Shown: piece by piece, positions 1 to 12,430 of the stretch
Layout: every line of letters begins with the position of its first letter
Numbering within the stretch: the first letter of the stretch is position 1
Assembly: GCF_009914755.1 (NCBI RefSeq)
Contig: NC_060929.1
Length of the DNA: 64,000 bases
Direction: 5' to 3' (one strand)
Source of the DNA: the human T2T-CHM13v2.0 reference genome, Homo sapiens
The notes under the pieces: model-generated
The model's database searches: none
Told to the model about the DNA's origin: nothing
The model's input: only the letters and a program-made list of their open reading frames with translations
Program-made: the position numbers and the translations under genes

Positions 1-198
<198 letters not shown>

Positions 199-964
199 TG
201 ATCCGCCTGCCTCGGCCTCCCAAAGTGCTGGGATTACAGGCATGAGCCACTGCGCCCGGCCTATCACTTACTATTAATAATATTAGCAAAAGTTTCCCAA
301 AACCCAAACAGAAGTAATTTGGCCATTACACTTAACAAATGTTTTGAATAATTTTAGAGAAAACTTTTCCTCAATCAGAAAGGACCTGGATGTGAAACAT
401 GCAACAAAAGTAATAATTGAAGAAAATATTTAAAAATCAGAATGAAATAAAACATCTGCATGACTGAGAAGGAAAAGATTCACATAGACCTAATCCCCAA
501 ACATTTCACATAGACCATTTTCTGGCCAATATGCATTATGGTACACGCATTACGGTATACTCCTGGGTTGCCCAGGCAACAGAGTAAGTAAGAGTAGGTG
601 GTGCAATCTCGGCTCACTGCAACCTCTGCCTCCTGGGTTCAAGCAATTCTCCTGCCTCAGCCTTCCCAAGTAGCTGGGATTACAGGCGCCTGCTACCACA
701 TCTGGCTAACTTTTGTATTTTTAGTAGAGATGAGGTTTCACCTTGTTGGCCAGGCTGGTCTCGAACTCCTGACCTCAGGTGATCCACCCGCCTCGGCATC
801 CCAAAGTGCTGAGGTAACAGGCATGAGCCACCGTGTCCGGCCTCAGTTTTCTTTATAACATACACAGCATTGAAAAGTTATAAAGAACCTCAGAAATACC
901 TGATTTAAGAAATGGTGATAAATCACAATATCAGCAATAATGACTCACACAGAATGCCTGGTTA

Positions 965-1372
965 TCTCTTATCCAGAAGTCTTGCTGCCAAAAGTGTTTC
1001 AGAATTTGGAATATTTGCAAGACACCAGTTCAGCATCCCTAATAAAAAATCCAAACTCCAAAATGCTCCAAACAGCATTTTCTTTGAGTGTCATTTCGGC
1101 ACTCAGTAGAGTGGCTATGGTTAACATTAATTGATTGTACATTTCAAAATACCTAAAAGAGGATAATTTGAATATCCCTAGCATAAAGATAACAATTTAA
1201 GGTAATGGATATGCCAATGACCCTGATGTGATTATATGAAAGCATCAAATGATCACATGTACCTGGAAAACGTAAATCTAATATGAAAAATTAACAATAA
1301 ATATTTTTTTCAAAGTTTCCAATTTGGGAGAATTTCAAATTTTGGATTTTCAGATTACGGATATTCAACCTG
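965..1372. mobile_element. Tigger4/MER46-type DNA transposon fossil interrupted by an L1MA 3'-end fragment (~1104-1305)
   Basis: agcatccctaat...aaatgctcca...gcatttt.tttgagtgtcat and ggattttcagatta.ggatattcaacctg motifs. L1 3'UTR-like text lies in between (gtacatttcaaaata...aggtaatggatatgcc). Confidence 0.65.
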
Positions 1373-2392
1373 GATAATGAAACTAAAATACTTTGTAGTA
1401 CTTCTTAAAATCAATAATCTATCATATGCAATCTCATTCTTTTTTTAATGTAAATATTGCTGTATGAATTTCGCTGACAATGTCAGTAACTACTGTCCTG
1501 CCTCAGCAAAGCAGGCCATCTCTAGACTTAGATTAAGAAAAGAACAATCTGGCCAGGTGGGGTGGCTCACGCCTGTAATCCCAGAACTTCCGGAGGCCAA
1601 GGCTAGTGGATCAATTGAGGTCACAAGCTTCAGATCAGCCTGGTCAACATGATGAAACCCCGTCTCTACTGTAAATACAAAAATTAGCCAGGCATGGTGG
1701 CACACACTTGTAATCCCAGCTACGTGGGAGGCTGAGGCAGAAGGATTGCTTGAACTCGGGAGGTGGAGGTTGCAGTAAGCCAAAATTGCGCCACTACACT
1801 CCAGCCTGGGCAAAAGAGGAAGACTCTGTCCCAGCAAAAAAAAAAAAGAACAATCTAAGAACCACAAAGAAAGGTTCTCCACCATGGTATTACTGTCTGT
1901 AAAACAAACTATTGTGATAATCTTGACTCTAACCACATAACAAGTGAGTTTGCTAAAATATGGACAAAAAAATAGATTTATGAAAAATATACTATGGAGT
2001 ATACGTATTTATTACTCATGAAACATCAACAGAACACCCAGACATAGGCAACTGTAATTAAATTCACTCATGTTTGATATTTTGCTGACTTTCAGCAATA
2101 AAACCCATAGCTTTAAACACGTTTGTTGATTCTGCCCTAATGACAGATGTATTTGTCCAGGCAGAGTAGAAGCCATTTTATTTACCAATTTGTAAGCATG
2201 GTTTATAACTTTTAAATGTTTAGATATGTGATATGGGAACTGAATTTGTACTCTTGCCTCTGGCCCCACAAATGATATTTAAAGCTTTTCTCAATCAACT
2301 CTTCAGTGAAAAACATTACAGGTGTGTTTTATCAGAAACATATATATGAAGGCATAAAAAAAAAGTCTCAATGCATCTACCACAAAACATGA

Positions 2393-2659
<267 letters not shown>

Positions 2660-3712
2660 TAGCCAGGATGGTCTGGATCTCCTGACCTCGTGATCCTCCT
2701 GCCTCGGCCTCCCAAAGTGCTGAGATTACAGGCTTGAGCCACCGCGCCCGGCCTTTAACTGCCGTAATTTAAAATGCTTTTATACGGAGGCAATTTTAAT
2801 CCTTAAGAGCAGGCAGGGAGTCGGACTGGGTGAAGGTAGAGCTATTAGTTGGACAATTCCCATATGTTTCTCCCTTGTTCTAGCTGTATTTCAACAGATG
2901 TGTTGTGGCTTTGTCCCCAAAACTCTAATGTCTTTTCCTGTAACTGGCAGCATTAGATGACATGATGTCATGTGACATGAGGTGCTAGATTTACTTTAGG
3001 CCTGGCGGAAATATTTTCTGAACACCTCTTAGCAAGGCAGCAAAATGTTTTATTCAAGGAATGCTCTTGGGAAAACGACCCAATGTCCTGTCAATAACTG
3101 TTCCATGGGTATCGATAAGCTAACAAGCAAATGATAGGTGATATGAAGAAACTCCAACAAAGCACTCAGAATCTTTAACTGAAAAAGAAGATTCTATCAA
3201 AAAACCTCAAGTAACACTTCACTAATTAATTGACAGCTGGAATTAGGGAAACAAATGAGTCCCACATTTTCTTTTAATAAACACTTCTCAAATCATCTTG
3301 TTTTCTAAGTGCTTTATTTTGTTTTAATATTTTTATTATTACTATTACAATTTTGGAGACAGTCTCCCTCTGTCACCCAGGCTGGAGTGCAGTGGCTCAC
3401 CGTAATCTCCGCCTCCCGGATTCAACCGATTCTCCTGCCTCAGCCTTCCAAGTAGTTGCGATTACAGGCCCATGTCACCATGCCCAGCTAATTTTTGGAT
3501 TTTATTAGAGACAGGGTTTCACTATGTTGCCCAGGCTGGTCTCGAACTCCTGACCTCAGGTATCCACCTGCCTCGGCCTCCCAAAGTGCTGGGATTACAG
3601 GCATGAGCACATGGCCCTAAGTGCTTTAGTATGTAAACCTTCCTACTATCCTCATGAAGTTGGGACAACCAGCTTTAGAAACCACACTTTATGGGCCGGG
3701 CATGACGGCTCA

Positions 3713-4494
<782 letters not shown>

Positions 4495-4594
4495 TCATTT
4501 AATAACTGCCCACTTTTAGGGCATTTCATCAGAGAGCCTAGAGAAGATGACGCAAGTTTAAGGCAAAGGACATCAACAGGACAGAAAAGCATGG

Positions 4595-4815
4595 CAGTGA
4601 AGAACTCTCTGTGGCTCTGGACACAGCCTGTCTGGGTTCAAATCCTGGCTATCGTTTTCTAGCTGTGTGACACTGAGTCAGTTACTTAACCTCTCTGTGC
4701 CTCACTTTCTTCATCTATGGATTGGGTATAATTATAGAGCCTTTCCCATAGGGTTGTTCAAGGGATTAAATGAGTCACTAAATGTGAAGTGCCAGCAACA
4801 TGCCTGGCACATGGT
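4595..4815 (+). mobile_element. MIR
   Basis: Core ctgggttcaaatcctggct...gctgtgtga...gttacttaacctctctgtgcctca...ggattaaatgag. Confidence 0.85.
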
Positions 4816-4820
4816 AAGTA

Positions 4821-4998
4821 CAGTTGTCCCTATGTATCTATAGGGAACTGGTTCCAAGACCTTCCCCAGATACCAAAATCCATGGGGAAAAGTCTACATG
4901 TTCAGTACAGATGCAATTTTTTTCTTGAATATTTTCAATCAGAGGTTGGTTGAATCCAGAGATGCAGAACCCACAGATACTGAGTACAGGGCTGACTG
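4821..4998. mobile_element. MER2 (TcMar-Tigger MITE), internally deleted
   Basis: TA|cagttgtccc...ggctgactg|TA termini with TA TSD, and gttggttgaatcca...gatgcagaaccca. Confidence 0.8.
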
Positions 4999-6100
4999 TA
5001 CTCGAGAAACACTAGCCATATTTATTATTGTCTTCAAAGAACTGTAAGATACTTCATAATCAAGGGAAAAAGTTAGAAGCATCTCCCCTTCCCGCCATAA
5101 AATAATCTGAAAATAACCATTATGCAAGGATTGAATCTCAACCATGAGGACATTTCAATGCCAAGGAAGTGATGAAACTTACTTACAAATAAGATATTTA
5201 ACCTCGCAAGGCTGTTTACTCATTTGAAAAGGGGAGAGGGTTTGTAAAGCATGTAAAGCCTCTAGCTAACAGCAGTAAATCCCTCCTAACAAGACCAAGA
5301 CAGAAAGAGAGCCAGGTTTAGAGGTAAGAGAATAGAGGTCACCGTGAACTAGACCTGTTAGAGACGGTTTCAAAAAGGAGCCAGACAGGTGGGACATTCG
5401 ATAGACAGAGAGGCCTGCCTGCACAAAGGATGGAGTGGAACTGGGTAACAGATCCTCTGGTGTAGGATCACGTGCGAGAAAAGAATAAAGAGAGAGTTAC
5501 AAGATCAGAAAACCTTGAAAACCAGACTGAGGAATGTGGACTTAATTTTATAAGCAATAAGAACATGCTTTAGACAGAGTTCTGGAAATACAAAATCTGC
5601 CAGAAATGTACAGGCTGAAAAAGAGAAAACAAATAAATGCAACGCACCACAGGAAGCTACCTCAGAACAAAAAGCTCTAAGGTCGAGATTTCCCTGCACC
5701 AGGAGTACTGACATTCCATTCACCAAGGGCCACTGGTTCTTAATTTCAAAGTACGGTTACTGTGACCAAGCCTTTGTTATTACTCACCTACTATGTGCCA
5801 AGGGCTCTGTAAGTCCTCTCTCAAATTCGGCTGATAACCATGCAAACTAGGAACTATTACGCCCATTTACAGACCAGAGAGCTCAAGTTCAGGATTTAGA
5901 GCATCTGGCTGAGATCCCATCGGAGGGAGCCAAGCGCTACTGCTAAGATAGGATGCTCTGCACTCAGCCTGGGGGCAGTTAGGCAAGGGGAAACGCTTAA
6001 TCCAGACTTCACCGGAGGCTCATTCTTGAACGTCCCCTACTAGCTAGTGACATGAAAATGTTACGTAGCAGTTACTCTAAGTCCAAACTGTTGAAACTCA

Positions 6101-6455
<355 letters not shown>

Positions 6456-8277
6456 TCACAACAGCAGGAGAGCACATTCAAGGTTTACATCCTCAAATGT
6501 GAGCCCACTTAAAGCCAGCTGAACTGGAAAAGCAAACACTCTGCTCTCTCCCTCCACCACTCTGGTTAAACAGTGAGGGACCTGCCCATGCCAGCTTGTT
6601 CCTGGTTTGTGCTTGATTTTGCAGGAACAGCCGGCCACATGATATGGAGTGAGGAAGCAGTCCTACCCTGCCCGCCCCAGCCAGACAGCTTATTGCTCCT
6701 GCTGCAACAACTGTCCCACTGCAGCTGCTCCCCCTGGCTTTGCTGTCCCCAACATAGCAGGGGGAAAAAAAAATGAGTACTTGACAATAGAAATGTTTTC
6801 AAACTACAGAGAAGAGGCAACACGCTATATCTCCATTGTGAGAAAAGGGAAAGGGACCCAGCTAATCTCCTGATATGATTTTATAGTCATCAAAGGGGTT
6901 GCCTTCAGGAATTGGTGATACAAGAAGTCCTCAGCAGTTCCCCTTTACACATGGAGACATATCGAGGGTGAGGAGAGAAAGCTGCCAAAAATAACAATGT
7001 CCACATTTTTCTCTAACAAGAAAAGATGTCAATAGATCACAAACAAAAAAAATATACAACCAAATGGGGAGAAAATTGGCTTGGGAACTCTACTCACTTA
7101 AAAAGCTATTTGAACAACTCCAGATAACCAACCACAACCACAGTCCCTTGTCAAGTTAAGTAGAAGAAGTTGGTGTTTCCACTTAACGTCTTTAGAATGA
7201 AGTCTGCTCTAATCCAGAGTGAACCAGACTGGAAGAAACAGGTATGTCTGGAATATTTTCCACTAACAATTTATCCCTTAAACATTAATACCTGCTTTCT
7301 GTATTTGTATTTGTGAGTATCTTACTTGTGTACATTTTACATATTTATTCTGAAAATCAAGGTGTTTGATTAGTCTCACTAATAATCCTCCGAGATCTTG
7401 TATTTGAACAGACACATCACACCTCTGCCTAACAGGGAAACAGAAAGGTCAATTTCATTTGGTACTTACTGGCCCCTACTATATTCCAGGCACTGTACTT
7501 GGCCCTGAAGACATGAAAACAGTGTCCACTTCAGCACATCAACACAAGTTTGCACAGTAGCCTTGCCCCTTTCCTGGTTGAGCCTTTTCTGTTTGCTTTT
7601 TTTATTATTATTGCTTCTGGTTACAGACACATCTAAACTTAGTTTCTGGCTGAAGTAAACTTAACAACTTACTTAGAAATGCTGAAAAAACAAGCTTCCC
7701 CAAAGCATACACACAATTAACTCGAGGGGAGCCATAAAATTCTAATGAAGGCCATGGAGAAACTGAAACTGAGGAATGTGGCATGCTCAGTTTCTCTAAT
7801 CCTGGAGAACATTTTGAAGTCAGCAGCTGTCAGCTGACTGGCACAAGCTTTGCAAGCTTCCCCCTGGCGCGCAGTAAGACACTATCTATCTAATTAATCA
7901 ATCAATCTAGCAGGCAGTAAGAGTCTATTTTGTGACACAGGGTCTGTTGCTCTGGAGCGCAGCGGTGCAATCATGGCTCACTGCAGCCTGTACCTCCTGG
8001 GCTCACCTCAGCCTCCAGAATGGCTGGAACTACAGGTGCATACCACCACACTCAGCTAAGTTTTGTAGAGATGAGGTTTCACCATGTTGCCCCGGCTGGT
8101 CTTGAACTCCTGGGCTCAAGCAGTCCTCCCACCTCAGCCTCCCAAAGTGCTGGGATTACAGGCTTGAGCCACCGCACCCGGCCAAATCCTATTTAAAACA
8201 GGGAAGCGCAGACAAGGCTGTGCCTGCAACACAAATAGGAATTAATACCACCAGACAACTGCTTCACAGGTCTAGCT

Positions 8278-8477
8278 CAGTGGATCTCAACTGGGAGTGA
8301 TTTTGCTCCCCTGTCATTCAGCAATGTCTGCAGACCTTTCGGGTTGTCACAACTTGGGGGATAGGGTTAACAATTACTGAGTAGAGTCCAGGGATGCGTT
8401 TAACCTCCTACAACACACAGGACGGCCTCCAACAACAAAGAATTACTCAGCAATGGTACCAGGTTTGAGAAACCCTG
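8278..8477. mobile_element. MER20 (hAT-Charlie MITE)
   Basis: cagtggatctcaac...tgagaaaccctg termini with a perfect 8-bp TSD gtctagct. Confidence 0.88.
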
Positions 8478-9350
8478 GTCTAGCTAGAAATAACAGTTGC
8501 GAATCACAAGCAGCTCCCATTTCCTTATTATTTGGCTATTCATACACAAAGCTAAACAGGCAACATCTCATTCAGTAATTTTTCCCCAATTGTTAGCACT
8601 GGCTTTAAACTGTTGTCCAACAAGCAACAAGTCATTTACCCCTAAGCCACAACGGGAAAAGTTAGCAAAGACAGAATTCTACTTAGTGATAAGGAGGCCA
8701 AACAATTTAGCTGTCCTTGGGGAATATATCACTTCCACACTCGCTGTTTCTATTCTAACAGGACATTAATTACAGCATTTTCTTCACTGGACAATTTAAC
8801 AAAAGGATGCTCCATTACAAGACATGAGAGAGAGAAAGGGGAGCTGGGATCTATGTTAAGAGTATGTCTACAATTAATACCTCACTATTTAACCTCTCTG
8901 ACTGGCCCTGCTTCCTTCCCACTCAAAGTGATTAGATTTAAGGGTGGAACTTTCACGGCTGATTAGAAGTTAATATTGTAATACACATACATCACAAGAT
9001 TAAAAGTATAACCTTAAAATAAGCGAAAAGTTCCCAGAAATACCAAAGTCACCAGCAGCAAAGGAAAAAGGCTCTGGATTCGTGAACAAGCTCTTCAAAG
9101 CTGGGCAAGGGACTTACTCATATCTTTGGGTTAAGATTCTGTCTACAAAATGAAGAGGAGAAAGTAGAAGATCACTAATGGCCAACTGCAAAATAATATT
9201 GATCACAGAAATAAAATCCAACAACCAGGCCCCTTACACTGAACTAAGGTATCCAGTGCAAGATGAAAAGAGTACTTTGAAAAGTCAAAGTCTCACCGGG
9301 TAACAGGAGATCAGGACGCTGTAGCGCGTTATCCTGATGTTCCCCCCACT

Positions 9351-9366
9351 TGCACTAGGGGGCAGA
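9351..9366 (+). promoter_or_regulatory. Candidate CTCF site
   Basis: tGCACTAGGGGGCAGa closely matches the CTCF core CCAC(T/C)AG(G/A)(G/T)GGC(A/G). Motif match only. Confidence 0.5.
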
Positions 9367-10912
9367 GTTCTCCCCAAGGGGGAGCCACGGACCCCTGTGG
9401 TGCTCAGACAGGCTACAGGAGGAGTGAGATCCGTGCAAACTGAATACAAATTTCTATATTTTCATCAGATTTTCTAAGGGACCCAGAACACAAAAACAAC
9501 AAAGTTAAGAATCATTGCCCTAGGGGCAGGGCCTCCGTTTTCTTACAGATGCAAGCAATTAAACACCGGAACTCACTGTAGCCCGAGGGTCCTTTACCAC
9601 TGGACAACGTGCAACTCTTGCAGAAAGTTCTGGTGCCTTTCGACAAGCATGAAAACAAAAGTCTATGGACTAGAAAATGCGAGCGTCTCACAATTATATA
9701 TATTTCACTTTTTTTAAGAAAAGGAAAAATATGTATTGATGGATAATTCCTTTCTAGTCTTCCTTCCACAATGAATGTGGGTATCACATCTGAAACACCA
9801 CTTTTAAAAACTAGATATGACTACTAAACAAGAATGCATTTATCACTTTGGCCAGTATGAATAGCTGTCTGAGAATACAGTCAGTGAGCATGCAGAAAGC
9901 AGAATGACTTGAAATATTATATCCAATTAAATCAGATAAACCAAGTCGGCTAACACAGAGGCAAGCCCTCATCAATCTGATTTGCTGGAAGACTCCAAAG
10001 CGGTTCTGCACTCAGAAAACATTCCCTGGCTTTCAACGAAAATCACATCAGACTCTCTCAAGTCAACTAAGTTTACTTTGAGCCACTTCAAACCTCAAAC
10101 TTAAACAGAATTTATTAAATAAACACAACCAAGAAAGGAAAGGGAGCCAAGAAACCACAGTAAGTCTCGATCCCAAAGGGGGAAAAAGGGTTCTCAAGTT
10201 AAGTTTCAGTGTCCCACCCTCAACGACCCTAAAGAGGGCATCCGTTTCATCTATTAAAATAGCCACTGTTTGCCCTAAACGAATTTTCTTTACATTCGAA
10301 TTCAAAATCTGCATGGACACTCTACACAAATACATGATCATTTGATCCCAGGGTCTGGAGTTATCCCAAGCCTTAAAAGAGCACTTCTCGGCGAGCAAAG
10401 TAACCGATTAAACCCTTGCCTCTCCTTCTCACACTTCATTAAGCCGTCTCCTCTGGAAGTGTTTGAACCCCTGCACAGGAAGCCCGCACGTTTTGCAAAG
10501 GAAATACCAGACAAGACCTTTCTTGGAGAAAGGCAGGTCCCCGCTGAACATTTTATTGGGCTTCCTGCACCCGGGCAGTCGAGCGGGCGGATCGCCCCGC
10601 CCGCGCCCCGGCGCGCGCCGCCTCACCTGGCGCGGGTGTCCCAGGGCGCCCCGAGAGCCAGCCACCCACGCAAACGGAAACGCACCTTCGCTACCTCCCG
10701 GAGCAAAATGCGAGCGCGGGACAGGACGAAACAAAACCTGCCCGGGCTTACTCATCAGAGACTCCGCGGGGGGATGGGGGGTGATTTCAGGAGACTCCCA
10801 GAAAGTTGCGCCTTCCAGGGCTTAGGAAAAAGTACCCAGGGCGCGCGGCGTGGTGGGCAGACGCCTCTCTCCCTGGGCTCCGGAGGCCAGGTCGGACTGG
10901 GAGCGCACTTAC

Positions 10913-10933
10913 CTCGGTGAAGAAGTTATCCAT
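10913..10933 (-). CDS. MYO10: Myosin-X coding exon 1 (MDNFFTE), followed by phase-0 intron 1
   Basis: The minus strand reads gctggaacaATGGATAACTTCTTCACCGAG|GTAAGT, with a strong Kozak context (-3 A, +4 G) and a consensus donor at 10912-10907. MDNFFTE matches the recalled N-terminus of human MYO10 (MDNFFTEGTRVW...). The exon lies in a CpG island. Confidence 0.96.
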
Positions 10934-11400
10934 TGTTCCAGCGCAGTCCCGGACTCGCCGAGTGCCGCTCCGACTCGCGGAAGTCAGCGCCGCCGCGGGT
11001 CCGGGGAAACCATGCGTGTCACGGCGCCACTCCCGAGGACGCGCGCCCGCGGGGCTCCCCTGCTGCCATCGCCCGGTCCCTTCTTGTCCTTCTCACCTTT
11101 TGTTCGCCCAAACCCAAGTCCCTAACTCGCCCGTCCCGACGGCAGCCTTTGTCTCTTCTTCCTCCAAGTTCCTCACTACTGGGCGCAGCGCTCGCAAGCG
11201 GAGAACAGCTGGTGGCACATTCTTCCCCCAGGCGGGGGAAGGCGGCGGGGTGCTGGCGAGCGCGGCCCCCTCCCTCTGCGCTCCGGCCGGGGGCCCTCGG
11301 GGCGGGCAGGAGGACAGCGGGCCGCAAAGTGAGCAGGAGCCGCGATCCCCGCGCGAGCGCTTGGAGGTGAGCAGTCCCGCGCCGCGGCTCAGCCAGCTCT
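10934..11400 (-). other. MYO10: MYO10 exon 1 5' UTR (TSS approximate)
   Basis: GC-rich leader between the main ATG and the GC-box array. The TSS near 11400 is inferred from promoter architecture and recalled mRNA leader length, not seen directly. Confidence 0.7.
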
Positions 11401-11430
11401 CGCCCGCGGGACTACAGCCTAGCGACCTCG

Positions 11431-11540
11431 CCCCGCCCTCCCGCAGCCGGCCCCGCCCTCCCGCAGCCGGCCCCGCCCTCCCGCAGCCGGCCCCGCCCTC
11501 CCGCAGCCGGCCCCGCCCTCCCGCTCGCGGCCCCGCCCCC
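11431..11540. repeat. 20-bp GC-box minisatellite (CCCCGCCCTCCCGCAGCCGG) x4 perfect plus a degenerate copy
   Basis: Exact units start at 11431, 11451, 11471 and 11491, followed by CCCCGCCCTCCCGCTCGCGG CCCCGCCCCC. Confidence 0.95.
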
Positions 11541-12410
11541 AGGAGCTTGGCCCTCCGCCAACCACACCGTCTGGCCCCGCCCGGGCGGAGCGCCCCGCCC
11601 CCTTCCCGACCAGGCCCCGCCCACTCTAAGCCCGAAGCAGCCGCAGGCTCGTTAGCGGACCCGGGAGGGGGCCGCGTGTTTCCCCAGGTCTTCCCACGTA
11701 GGCGTGGGGAGGGGATTTAACTCTTCCCTCTGCAGAGAGAGACTAAACAATCACTTAGAGGGGAGGAGAAGGGACTGGGGGCTTCTGTGCCTTTCATGTT
11801 TAGCAGACCCGGGAACCGGCTCAACACGGATCTCATTAATGCAGCCCGGTAGACTAGCAATCTCGGGAAGGAAGCGCGGTCAGCGGAGCTGCCGGGGCTG
11901 CGGGGCCAGATCAAAGCGGAAGACGGAGGCTAATCAGAATTTCTGGAAGCTGCATTCCCGTGTTGACTTTCTGTCCTGCAGTCGGGTTTGCTTAAGACGT
12001 TTGCGTAACAGCGGGGAAATGTAGTTTTGAAACTGGAAGGGGACGTGGCCAATATCACCTTTAAAAATGTAACCCTTTTCTAGACCTCAAGGAAGCAGAG
12101 ATGGCAGATGGCACTGAGATGGACGAATGATCAAACCCACCTGGCACTGAGTCCCGTTTCCCCTAGGGCAGTTCTTTTAACTTTATGCTGTGCGAGGGTC
12201 ACCTGGGAACCTTGTTAGAACGCAGGCTGGAACAATCTGCTTTCCAGGTGCCCCTCAGGTGCTACCTGGTCCTGTGCTGAACGAAAGCTTGTAACAAGTA
12301 GAGAAATTAAGAGTAAACGTTTGTAGCAATTTAATAATGCCACGACATCCAAGCACATGATCAGTGGACTCTTTGAACCGAGTATAAACCAGTTTGGGTG
12401 TTGTCAGACT

Positions 12411-12430
12411 CACGTGGTGAGTCACACCTG
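12411..12430. promoter_or_regulatory. Compact E-box / AP-1 / E2-box cluster
   Basis: CACGTG g TGAGTCA CACCTG within 20 bp of non-repetitive DNA about 1 kb upstream of the TSS. Confidence 0.45.

Larger units (their letters stand above)
10560..11960. promoter_or_regulatory. MYO10: CpG island / TATA-less MYO10 promoter
   Basis: Very high GC and CpG density against a CpG-depleted background, with many GGGCGG boxes. It spans exon 1. Confidence 0.93.

Noticed and set aside
11408-11420. GGACTACA as a ZNF143/THAP11 motif near the TSS
   Set aside because: The downstream TTCCCA half is missing, so the match is too partial to call.
10806-11720. 304-aa + strand ORF (and overlapping 192/145-aa ORFs) across the CpG island
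   Set aside because: Non-ATG starts and Pro/Arg/Ala-rich low complexity. Stop-codon scarcity is expected at this GC content, part of it is the translated VNTR, and it is antisense to the real MYO10 exon.
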